Positions 56,711-64,000 of a stretch of DNA of 64,000 bases are shown here, piece by piece (position 1 is the stretch's first letter; every line of letters begins with the position of its first letter). This DNA is from an uncultured Candidatus Saccharibacteria bacterium (GTDB lineage Bacteria; Patescibacteriota; Minisyncoccia; Minisyncoccales; Staskawiczbacteraceae). Location: the NCBI GenBank assembly GCA_964404005.1, contig CAYOIH010000001.1, forward strand, positions 226 through 64,225, given 5' to 3'. Made by a program: the position numbers and the translations under genes. The notes under the pieces were generated by a model, which saw nothing but the letters and a program-made list of their open reading frames with translations, had not been told where the DNA came from and did not search any database.

Positions 56711-58573
56711 ATGGGAGTATTCTTTTTAAAAAGGACGACAACGACAAGATTATTGTTTTTTTTATTTTTTGACATACTGTTGATTTCGGCTTCGATTTAT
56801 TTGTCCTTTCTTTTAAGATTTGATGGGACAATACCGACGGAATATTTGGACGGGCAAGAAATACAAAAAATCATAATTTGGACACTATTTTTTTGTTTAC
56901 CAATTTTTTATCTCTTCGGGCTATACTCTTTTTCCTGGTCGTACGTAAGCACCCAGGAATTAGTATCTCTTTTTAAGGCTACAACGCTCGGTTTTTTATT
57001 TTTGGGAATCACGATATTTCTTTCAAGAGAATTTCCTTTATTTGTGGGATTTCCCAGGTCGGTCTTTATCATAAGTTATTTTCTGATTTTTATATTTTGC
57101 GGCGGCTTGCGCTTGTCAAAAAAAATCTATCTGATAGTTGTTGGGCGTGGTAAGAAATCGGATAAAGAGAGGACTCTGATTGTGGGTGCGGGGGATGCGG
57201 GCGAGCAGATTTTAAGGAGCATAATTTCTTCAGATAAAAGTCCGTATCACCCCATTGGGCTGGTGGATGACAATCCTATAAAAAAAGGGGTACTAATTCA
57301 TAATTTAAAGGTTTTGGGGAAAATTTGCGATATTCCCGGAATTGTCAAAAGTTTTCAGGTAAAACAGCTGATAATCGCTTTGCCCTCAGTAGACGGGAAA
57401 AAAATAAAAGAAGCGGTTGAGCTTGGAAAAAAAGCAGGCGTATGGAAAATAAAAATTGCTCCGCCCCTGTCTGAAATAATTAAGGGGCAAGTGTCTTTTA
57501 AAAATCTTAAAGACGTAGAAGTTGAAGATTTGTTGGGGCGAGAAGAGGTTGTTTTAGATAAAAAACAGATAGATGAATTTATAAAAAATAAAAAGGTTCT
57601 TGTAACGGGAGCGGCAGGATCAATAGGGTCGGAATTGTGCAGGCAGATTGCAAAATTTAATCCTGAGCTCTTAATATTGCTTGATCAGGATGAAACGGGA
57701 ATTTTTCATATTTCCAGAGAATTGAAAAGCATTTTTTCACAATTGAAAATTGAGCCATTGGTGTGTGACATCGCAGATAAAAATAAAATAAGTAAAGTTT
57801 TTGAGAAGTTTGAGCCGGAAATCGTTTTCCACGCAGCTGCCTACAAACACGTTCCTTTAATGGAGGAAAACTGCGACGAAGCGATAAAAAATAATATTTT
57901 TGGAACAAAAGTAGTGGCTGAAGCGGGATTGGTTTTTGGCGCTGAAAAGTTTATTTTTATTTCAACCGATAAGGCGGTTAATCCCACCTCTGTAATGGGG
58001 GCCACAAAAAGAGCCGGCGAAATGCTTTGCCAGTTGTTGAATGAGAAAGGTAAAACCAAGTTTGTTTCCGTAAGATTCGGGAATGTGTTAAACAGCAGAG
58101 GAAGCGTTATTCCAATTTTCAGAGAGCAAATAAAAAAGGGCGGACCCGTTGAAGTTACGCACCCCGAAATGAAAAGATATTTTATGCTGACTTCGGAAGC
58201 TTGCCTTTTAGTTATGCAAGCTGGAGCCATGGGGCAAGGGGGAGAAGTTTTTGTTTTGGACATGGGAAAACCAATAAAGATAGTTGATTTGGCAAAGGAG
58301 ATGATAAAGCTATCCGGGCTTCAGCTCGATAAGGATATCACGATTGTTTTTATAGGAAAAAGGCCGGGAGAAAAATTATTTGAGGAAATTTTGACAGCAG
58401 AAGAGGGGATACTTGCTACTAAAAACCAAAAAATATTTACGGCTAAACTTTTCTCTGTTAATTTAGAAAAGTTTGAAGAGGATTTGAAAATTTTAGAATC
58501 TATCATTGCCAAAGATGATAAAGATAGTGTGGTGGATTTTCTAAAAAGTTTAGTTCCTTTTTACGAAATATAA
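56711..58573 (+). CDS. membrane-anchored UDP-sugar 4,6-dehydratase (CapD/PglF/WbpM family)
   Basis: 4 N-terminal TM helices; VLVTGAAGSIGSELCRQI; Polysacc_synt_2-type SDR. Confidence 0.8.
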   Translation: MGVFFLKRTTTTRLLFFLFFDILLISASIYLSFLLRFDGTIPTEYLDGQEIQKIIIWTLFFCLPIFYLFGLYSFSWSYVSTQELVSLFKATTLGFLFLGITIFLSREFPLFVGFPRSVFIISYFLIFIFCGGLRLSKKIYLIVVGRGKKSDKERTLIVGAGDAGEQILRSIISSDKSPYHPIGLVDDNPIKKGVLIHNLKVLGKICDIPGIVKSFQVKQLIIALPSVDGKKIKEAVELGKKAGVWKIKIAPPLSEIIKGQVSFKNLKDVEVEDLLGREEVVLDKKQIDEFIKNKKVLVTGAAGSIGSELCRQIAKFNPELLILLDQDETGIFHISRELKSIFSQLKIEPLVCDIADKNKISKVFEKFEPEIVFHAAAYKHVPLMEENCDEAIKNNIFGTKVVAEAGLVFGAEKFIFISTDKAVNPTSVMGATKRAGEMLCQLLNEKGKTKFVSVRFGNVLNSRGSVIPIFREQIKKGGPVEVTHPEMKRYFMLTSEACLLVMQAGAMGQGGEVFVLDMGKPIKIVDLAKEMIKLSGLQLDKDITIVFIGKRPGEKLFEEILTAEEGILATKNQKIFTAKLFSVNLEKFEEDLKILESIIAKDDKDSVVDFLKSLVPFYEI

Positions 58574-58588
58574 TTAAATAAATTTAAA

Positions 58589-59332
58589 ATGGAAAATTAT
58601 AATGGTTACGAAGAGGTTGATTTGATGAATCTTGTAAAAATTACAGCGAGGGGTAAAAAAATAATACTAGTTTGTTTTGTAATAGGATTATTGGTTATCG
58701 CTGGTATGCTCGTTCTTAAAAACATTGGCATAATCCCGAGTACATACGAGGCGGTCTCAGTAATCGAAGTTGGCTATGTTGACTGGGGGGGCGTAGATGG
58801 AACCGTTAATCGGGCGGCAATAGAGGCGCCCGATGAATTAGTTGGAAAGATAAACTATGGAGTATTTAATAAGGGCACAAATTTAAATCCCGGTGATATC
58901 GTGTCTGCCAGCATCGTACTCGATACAAGAATGATAGAAATAAAAGTTAGCTCTAAAAGTCAAGAGAGGGCCAAGGGTTATTCGTCAGATCTCGTTTCAG
59001 CCGTTTTGTTAGAACAGGATGATTTATTGGAATCTTATAAAAACCAAATTAATCAAAAGATAGCAAGAGCAGAACAAACCATGGTAAAATTCACAGCGAT
59101 GGGGCAGCAAGTGTCGGGTATCCAATTAAGGGATTTTGATTTGCATAATCAATTAGATAGTATAGTTCTTTCTAGTTTAGTGGACGGTCCTAATGTCTCA
59201 CATAATAAACAGAATATTATATCTATGCTAGTCATAGGAGCAGTCTTGGGGATTTTTATAGGATTTGTGGTTATTTTTATAAAAGAATGGTGGAACAAAA
59301 ATAAGAGCAGAGCAAAAGAAGCTAGAATTTAA
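58589..59332 (+). CDS. Wzz-like chain-length-determinant-topology protein (TM - periplasmic domain - TM)
   Basis: TM near N-term (IILVCFVIGLLVIAGMLVL) and near C-term (ISMLVIGAVLGIFIGFVVIFI). Confidence 0.35.
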   Translation: MENYNGYEEVDLMNLVKITARGKKIILVCFVIGLLVIAGMLVLKNIGIIPSTYEAVSVIEVGYVDWGGVDGTVNRAAIEAPDELVGKINYGVFNKGTNLNPGDIVSASIVLDTRMIEIKVSSKSQERAKGYSSDLVSAVLLEQDDLLESYKNQINQKIARAEQTMVKFTAMGQQVSGIQLRDFDLHNQLDSIVLSSLVDGPNVSHNKQNIISMLVIGAVLGIFIGFVVIFIKEWWNKNKSRAKEARI

Positions 59333-59376
59333 TTTTTGGGCAGTTTATGATTTTATGATAGAATAAAAAAACAATT

Positions 59377-61101
59377 ATGGAATTTTTCAGCTACAAAAAA
59401 ATAATTTTTTTGGCCGGGGTTTTATTGTTTTTGGCTGTTGGCAATGCTAGAGCCGCTAATGTAGGAGAGGTCGTTAATTTTAATGTAGATAAAAGTTTTG
59501 ATATTAACAGCAGAACAAAACTGTCGGCCACTTTGATAAAAACAAGCGATAAACTGTATTTTTATGTAGATAAATCGTGGTGGGAACAGCAGACGCAGGC
59601 AAAACAAACAGAAGCTTTAACCGGCTTAGATAATTTATCTAATGAGTTTAATAATAATATTTATCCGACCATGACCTCTGTTTTTGGCTCGGAGTGGAAA
59701 CCGGGCATAGACAACGACCCCAGAATTACAGTTTTATTTGAACCAATAAACAGCTCAGAGGGAGGATATTTTAGAGAGGCAGACGAATATGAAAAACTCC
59801 AAGTGCCAACCTCCAATGAAAGGGAAATGCTTTATTTGTCTGTTTCGAGCATTAATGACCCAAATGCAAAAATAGTTTTAGGCCACGAGTTCACCCATTT
59901 AATAACTTTTAACCAAAAAAATAAAATTTATGGAGCAGAAGAAGATACGTGGTTAAATGAGGCAAGGGCAGACTATTCTTCAACTATTTTAGGATACGAC
60001 GATGTTTATAACGGCAGTAATTTGCAACAGAGGGTTAAAGATTTTACAGAAAATCCTTCCGACTCCATAACCGATTGGACCGGTACAAAATATGATTACG
60101 CCAGCGTAAGCCTATTTATGCACTATTTGGTTGATCGGTATAGCGTGAATATTTTATCTAATTCTTTAAGGTCTCAATCAGTTGGCATAGAAAGTATAAG
60201 CCAGACCCTGGCGAAGCCGGCGTCTAAAGAAAATTTTTCACAAATTTTTACTAATTGGACAATAGCTTTGGCAATTAATGACTGTTCTCAAAATTTAAAA
60301 TATTGCTACTCTAATCAAAATCTTAAAGACCTGAGAATAAACCCAACGCTTATTTTTATGCCGTTAACGGGCAGTAGTTCTTTGTCTACAACAAACATAA
60401 CTAAAAATTGGGCAGGTAATTGGCAAAAAATTATTGGGGGAAGCGGAAATTTAAAATTAGATTTTTCCGGTTTGACCGGGCTTGATTTTCAATTACCGTA
60501 TATACTTTACGACAAAGACAATAATTATTCGGTAAAATTTTTAACGCTTGACCAGGAAGAGAAAGGAGAAATCAGTGTTCAAAACTTCGGAACAGATTAT
60601 AAATCCCTGATTATTATCCCTTCTTTACAGACAAAGCTTTCCGAGTTTGATGGCTTAGACCTTACTTACCCATACAGTTTTACGGTTTCTGTCGCGGAAA
60701 AAGATTTGGGAACAGACGACACATTAATACAAAAACTTTTGGCTCAGATAGCCTCTCTAAAAAAGCAAATAGCAGATCTTATCGCCAAAAACCCTTCGGC
60801 AGGCTCAGGGCAGGCAAGTCAAAACAATAGCTGTTCGCAACTAACAACTAATCTTTATTTTGGACTAATTAATAGTAGCCAGGTGACGTGTCTGCAACAA
60901 TTTTTGAAAAATCAAGGGACAAACATTTATCCCGAGGGTTTGGTAACCGGATATTTTGGAAATTTAACAAAGTCTGCCGTGATAAAATTTCAGGAGAAAT
61001 ACGCATCTGAAATTTTAACACCTATAGGGCTTTCGCAGGGAACCGGTTATGTGGGAGCACAAACAAGAGCGAAAATTAACCAAATAATGAGCGGTGTTTA
61101 A
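59377..61101 (+). CDS. secreted protein with HExxH (putative zinc metallopeptidase) and C-terminal peptidoglycan-binding-like domain
   Basis: signal peptide; VLGHEFTHL ... NEARADY (gluzincin-like spacing); C-terminal LQQFLKNQG...GYFGNLTKSAVIKFQEKY; carries family-1 copy (PSAGSGQ). Confidence 0.35.
   Translation: MEFFSYKKIIFLAGVLLFLAVGNARAANVGEVVNFNVDKSFDINSRTKLSATLIKTSDKLYFYVDKSWWEQQTQAKQTEALTGLDNLSNEFNNNIYPTMTSVFGSEWKPGIDNDPRITVLFEPINSSEGGYFREADEYEKLQVPTSNEREMLYLSVSSINDPNAKIVLGHEFTHLITFNQKNKIYGAEEDTWLNEARADYSSTILGYDDVYNGSNLQQRVKDFTENPSDSITDWTGTKYDYASVSLFMHYLVDRYSVNILSNSLRSQSVGIESISQTLAKPASKENFSQIFTNWTIALAINDCSQNLKYCYSNQNLKDLRINPTLIFMPLTGSSSLSTTNITKNWAGNWQKIIGGSGNLKLDFSGLTGLDFQLPYILYDKDNNYSVKFLTLDQEEKGEISVQNFGTDYKSLIIIPSLQTKLSEFDGLDLTYPYSFTVSVAEKDLGTDDTLIQKLLAQIASLKKQIADLIAKNPSAGSGQASQNNSCSQLTTNLYFGLINSSQVTCLQQFLKNQGTNIYPEGLVTGYFGNLTKSAVIKFQEKYASEILTPIGLSQGTGYVGAQTRAKINQIMSGV
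60793..60815 (+). repeat. family-1 repeat copy (in HExxH protein gene)
   Basis: ccttcggcaggctcagggcaggc. Confidence 0.8.
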
Positions 61102-61164
61102 TATAGCCAAAATCGTGAAAACGTAGTAATTTTACTTATTTTTCACGTTTATATTGACAAAATC

Positions 61165-62136
61165 GTGAAAGAAACTATTTTAGAAAAATTAACAGGGGTG
61201 CAGGGAAATATATTGCTGAAAAATTTTACTACTTATAAAATTGGCGGTCCGGCCAAATATTTTTTTGTTGCCAAGACAGAGAAAGATTTAATGCTTGCAC
61301 TCAAAGTTGCAAAAGATTTAAAGTTGTCGGTTTTTATTTTGGGTGGAGGAAGCAACCTTCTGGTGTCTAAAAAAGGATTTAACGGTTTGGTGATAAAAAT
61401 TAGTATTTCAGATGTGGTGCTTGATGGCGAAAGAGCCACTGTGGGGGCCGGTGCAGATTTAACAAAATTATCTTATTTTTTTGCCGACAGTGGACTTTCG
61501 GGATTAGAATGGGCGGCTGGAATTCCATCTGCAACTATTGGTGGGGCGATTTATGGCCACGCTCAGGCCTTTGGTGAAAAAATTTCTGATGTGGTTGAGA
61601 GTGTTGAAGCAATAAATTTAAAAACCTTAAAGCCGCAGACCTTCAGTAAAAAGCAATGCCAATTTTCATTGAAAAATAGTTTTTTCAAAAAAAGTAAAAA
61701 ATTTGTTATTTTTTCCGTAGTCTTAAGGCTTCAAAAAAAGGAAACAAAGGAGGCAAGAGGAAAAATAAAAGAGTTTTTGGAATACAGAAAAAATAATCAC
61801 CCGGTTGATTTTCCGTCAGCGGGCTCAACATTTGTTAATCCGGAAGTGAAAATTAAGGATAAAAAGTTACTGGTAAAATTTCCGGAATTAAATGAATATA
61901 ATAGAAGGGGAACTATTTCTGCCGGATATTTAGTGGCGAGAGCCGGTTTGGCCGGTAAAAAAATAGGTAATGCTCAGATTTCAGAAAGGCATTCTAATTT
62001 TATAATTAATTTGGGAGGTGCTAAGTCGGGCGACGTGGTAAAATTAATAAAACTGGCAAAAAAAGAAGTTAAAAAAAAATTCGGCATAGAATTAGAGCCG
62101 GAGGTGCAACTGATTGGCTTTAAACAAGTGTTTTAA
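61165..62136 (+). CDS. murB: UDP-N-acetylenolpyruvoylglucosamine reductase
   Basis: FAD-binding N-domain (TTYKIGGPAKYF, ILGGGSNLL), C-terminal MurB domain. Confidence 0.8.
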   Translation: MKETILEKLTGVQGNILLKNFTTYKIGGPAKYFFVAKTEKDLMLALKVAKDLKLSVFILGGGSNLLVSKKGFNGLVIKISISDVVLDGERATVGAGADLTKLSYFFADSGLSGLEWAAGIPSATIGGAIYGHAQAFGEKISDVVESVEAINLKTLKPQTFSKKQCQFSLKNSFFKKSKKFVIFSVVLRLQKKETKEARGKIKEFLEYRKNNHPVDFPSAGSTFVNPEVKIKDKKLLVKFPELNEYNRRGTISAGYLVARAGLAGKKIGNAQISERHSNFIINLGGAKSGDVVKLIKLAKKEVKKKFGIELEPEVQLIGFKQVF

Positions 62137-62160
62137 TATTAATTGTGTAATATACAAACC

Positions 62161-62535
62161 ATGAGAATAATTATAAAAACAAAAAATTTGGAATTAACAA
62201 AAGATTTAAAAATTTCCGCTGAAGAAAAAATTGGGTCGCTTAAGAAATTTATAGACATTTTAAAGGAAAATACTCCCGACGGCGAAAAGACATTGGCCGA
62301 AGTTTTTGTTGAATTAGAAAAAGAAACCACTCACCACAAAAAAGGCAATATTTTTTTAGCAACGGTTCAAGTTAATTTGCCGGGGAAAAGCCTAAGAGCT
62401 CAATCAAGAGAAGAGGATCCTATGAGGGCAATTGTAGAGGTTAGGGAAGAATTAAAGAAAGAGGTAGAAAAATATAAAGCCAAAAATACCGAAAAGCGCA
62501 GGAGGGAACAGAGAAAAACAAAATTAGGTTTATAA
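62161..62535 (+). CDS. hpf: ribosome hibernation promoting factor (RaiA/HPF, S30AE family)
   Basis: MRIIIKTKNLELTKDLK...beta-alpha-beta-beta-beta-alpha pattern of S30AE. Confidence 0.7.
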   Translation: MRIIIKTKNLELTKDLKISAEEKIGSLKKFIDILKENTPDGEKTLAEVFVELEKETTHHKKGNIFLATVQVNLPGKSLRAQSREEDPMRAIVEVREELKKEVEKYKAKNTEKRRREQRKTKLGL

Positions 62536-62551
62536 AATTTTTTAAATTATT

Positions 62552-63097
62552 ATGACACCAACAAAAATGTTCTTTACAAAGGGCGTGGGCGTTGCAAAAC
62601 AACAACTAATGTCTTTTGAGATGGCTTTAAGAAATGCGGGGATAGAAAAATTTAACTTAGTTACGGTATCTAGTATCATGCCACCCAGATGCCAGAGAGT
62701 CACAAAAGAAAAGGGTTTGGAGGCGCTTAAACCCGGCGAAGTTGTTTTTTGCGTTATGGCAAGAAATAACACTAACGAGCCGAACAGATTAATTGCAGCA
62801 TCCATAGGTTGCGCCGTGCCGGTTGACCGCGATCAGCAATACGGATATTTATCTGAACATCATCCTTACGGTGAAACAGATGAAAAAACAGCAGATTGCG
62901 CCGAAGATTTGGCGGCCACCATGCTGGCAACAACTTTGGGCGTTGATTTTAACCCTGATACCGCATGGGATGAGAGGGAAAAAGTTTACAAGCTTTCCGG
63001 AAAAATTGTCACAACAACAAATATCACCCAATCAGCGCAAGGAAACAAAGACGGCCTATGGACAACAGTTCTCGCCGCGGCCATCTTTGTGCCATAG
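62552..63097 (+). CDS. pdaD: pyruvoyl-dependent arginine decarboxylase
   Basis: [39 protein letters not shown] (self-cleavage Ser-Ser site). Confidence 0.8.
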   Translation: MTPTKMFFTKGVGVAKQQLMSFEMALRNAGIEKFNLVTVSSIMPPRCQRVTKEKGLEALKPGEVVFCVMARNNTNEPNRLIAASIGCAVPVDRDQQYGYLSEHHPYGETDEKTADCAEDLAATMLATTLGVDFNPDTAWDEREKVYKLSGKIVTTTNITQSAQGNKDGLWTTVLAAAIFVP

Positions 63098-63117
63098 TTT
63101 TAGTATTAAGCATAACT

Positions 63118-63146
63118 GAAACGCATTGAATAAATGCGTTTTTTCG
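63118..63146 (+). terminator. Rho-independent terminator
   Basis: gaaacgcattgaataaatgcgttttttcg. Confidence 0.8.
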
Positions 63147-63168
63147 TATAGTATAATAGAATAACATT

Positions 63169-64000
63169 ATGTCAATTTTATCTAAGATTTTTGGGGACCC
63201 TAATGAAAAGTTTATAAAGGGGCTCCATCCCATTATTGAGAAAATAAATTCTTTTGAGTCGGAATTTGAAAAATTTTCTGCGGAGCAGTTAAAAGAAAAA
63301 ACCCTTCAACTTCGTTCAGGGCTGGCAAAAGGTAAAACGCTTGACGATATTATGCCTGAGGCTTTTGCGTTGGTGCGCGAAGTGTCAAAAAGAACTTTGA
63401 ATCAACGCCATTTTGATGTGCAGTTGATCGGCGGAATTGTTTTACACCAGGGCAAAATTGCTGAAATGAAAACAGGAGAAGGAAAAACTTTGGCGGCTAC
63501 GCTTCCTGCCTACCTGAACGCGTTGGAAGGAAAAGGAGTGCACATTGTTACAGTGAACGATTATCTGGCAAAAAGGGATATGGTTTGGATGGGGCAGATT
63601 TACGATGCTTTAGGATTATCTACGGGTTGCATTGTAAACGAATCCGGCTACGTTTACGACAGGGAATATAAAAATACTGAGGAGGATAAGGCTCGCGATA
63701 CAGTGGGCAGTTTTAAGGTAATCCAGGATTATTTGAAACCGGTTTCAAGAAAAGAGGCGTATGCCGCGGACATTACTTATGGAACTAACAATGAATTCGG
63801 TTTTGATTATTTAAGGGACAATATGGTTTTTGACTTGTCCCAGCAAGTCCAGCGGGGACACAATTTTGTTGTTGTTGATGAAGTAGACTCAATTTTAATT
63901 GATGAGGCGCGGGTTCCTTTAATAATTTCCGGCGAAGTGCAGGAAACAACGGAAAAATATTATACTTTTGCAAAAGTTGCAGCCCAGTTGGAAAATGGCC
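63169..64000 (+). CDS. secA: preprotein translocase ATPase SecA (5' part, runs off window)
   Basis: [67 protein letters not shown]; carries family-1 copy (LQLRSGLA). Confidence 0.9.
   Translation, partial: MSILSKIFGDPNEKFIKGLHPIIEKINSFESEFEKFSAEQLKEKTLQLRSGLAKGKTLDDIMPEAFALVREVSKRTLNQRHFDVQLIGGIVLHQGKIAEMKTGEGKTLAATLPAYLNALEGKGVHIVTVNDYLAKRDMVWMGQIYDALGLSTGCIVNESGYVYDREYKNTEEDKARDTVGSFKVIQDYLKPVSRKEAYAADITYGTNNEFGFDYLRDNMVFDLSQQVQRGHNFVVVDEVDSILIDEARVPLIISGEVQETTEKYYTFAKVAAQLENG
63303..63326 (+). repeat. family-1 repeat copy (in secA)
   Basis: ccttcaacttcgttcagggctggc. Confidence 0.75.

Noticed and set aside
3104-63326. Interpretation of the recurring SGQ/LRSG/STS peptides as a shared protein domain or linker
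   Set aside because: The same nucleotide string is read in three frames and in antisense, giving different peptides; conservation is at DNA level.

Overview
This window is AT-rich (roughly one-third GC by eye) and gene-dense, with almost every gene on the + strand. By inference it looks like a chromosome segment from a small-genome, CPR/Parcubacteria-like bacterium; this taxonomic call is inferred from gene style only.

Gene order, start to end:
- First ~420 nt: GC-rich (roughly 50% by eye), a hypothetical gene truncated at the window edge plus a terminator.
- Housekeeping block: lepB, hisS, rpsU, yqeY, ybeY, ftsA, ftsZ, nrdD/nrdG, comEC.
- Envelope/glycan-related genes: a GT-B and a GT2 glycosyltransferase and a GH5-like hydrolase, then htrA.
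- clpB with a near-consensus CIRCE operator, a promoter and a structured leader.
- A staphylococcal-nuclease remnant, a ComEA-HhH/lamin-tail/Ig-like surface protein, and rlmN.
- A small HTH protein, an ECF sigma / putative anti-sigma pair, and a Thr/Ser-rich surface protein with a peptidoglycan-binding domain.
- A minus-strand block: a GxxExxY-family small protein and a Wzy_C/O-antigen-ligase-like protein with C-terminal TPR repeats.
- A ~30 kb surface-glycan locus (29.3-59.3 kb). It encodes nonulosonic-acid genes (neuA/neuB/neuC-like), a GDP-mannose branch (gmd, fcl, a per-like aminotransferase) and three DegT aminotransferases. It also carries FkbM, C- and class-I methyltransferases, a hexapeptide acetyltransferase, three further GT2 genes, Wzx/Wzy/Wzz-like proteins and PglC/PglF-like initiation enzymes. 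Less usual members are a split transketolase, a DUF218 gene and a B12-radical-SAM::Fe-ADH/DHQS-like fusion.
- Finally a secreted HExxH protein, murB, hpf, a pyruvoyl-dependent arginine decarboxylase and the 5' part of secA.

The most unusual signals are two families of short nucleotide repeats that sit in-frame inside unrelated genes, RPE-like.
- Family 1 is a ~22-nt element, CCTTCG-N5-GCTCAGGGCA, with at least 10 copies in three reading frames. Two copies form a perfect 20-nt inverted pair inside rlmN. One copy is part of an SD-sequestering palindrome in the clpB leader. One copy lies in secA over a segment that aligns without gaps to other SecAs.
- Family 2 is a 13-nt terminal-inverted-repeat element, CCCCGTTAGAAAT...ATTTCTAACGGGG. 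It occurs with spacers of 6 to ~106 nt and also sits in-frame in coding sequence.

No rRNA, tRNA or CRISPR array was detected by eye.
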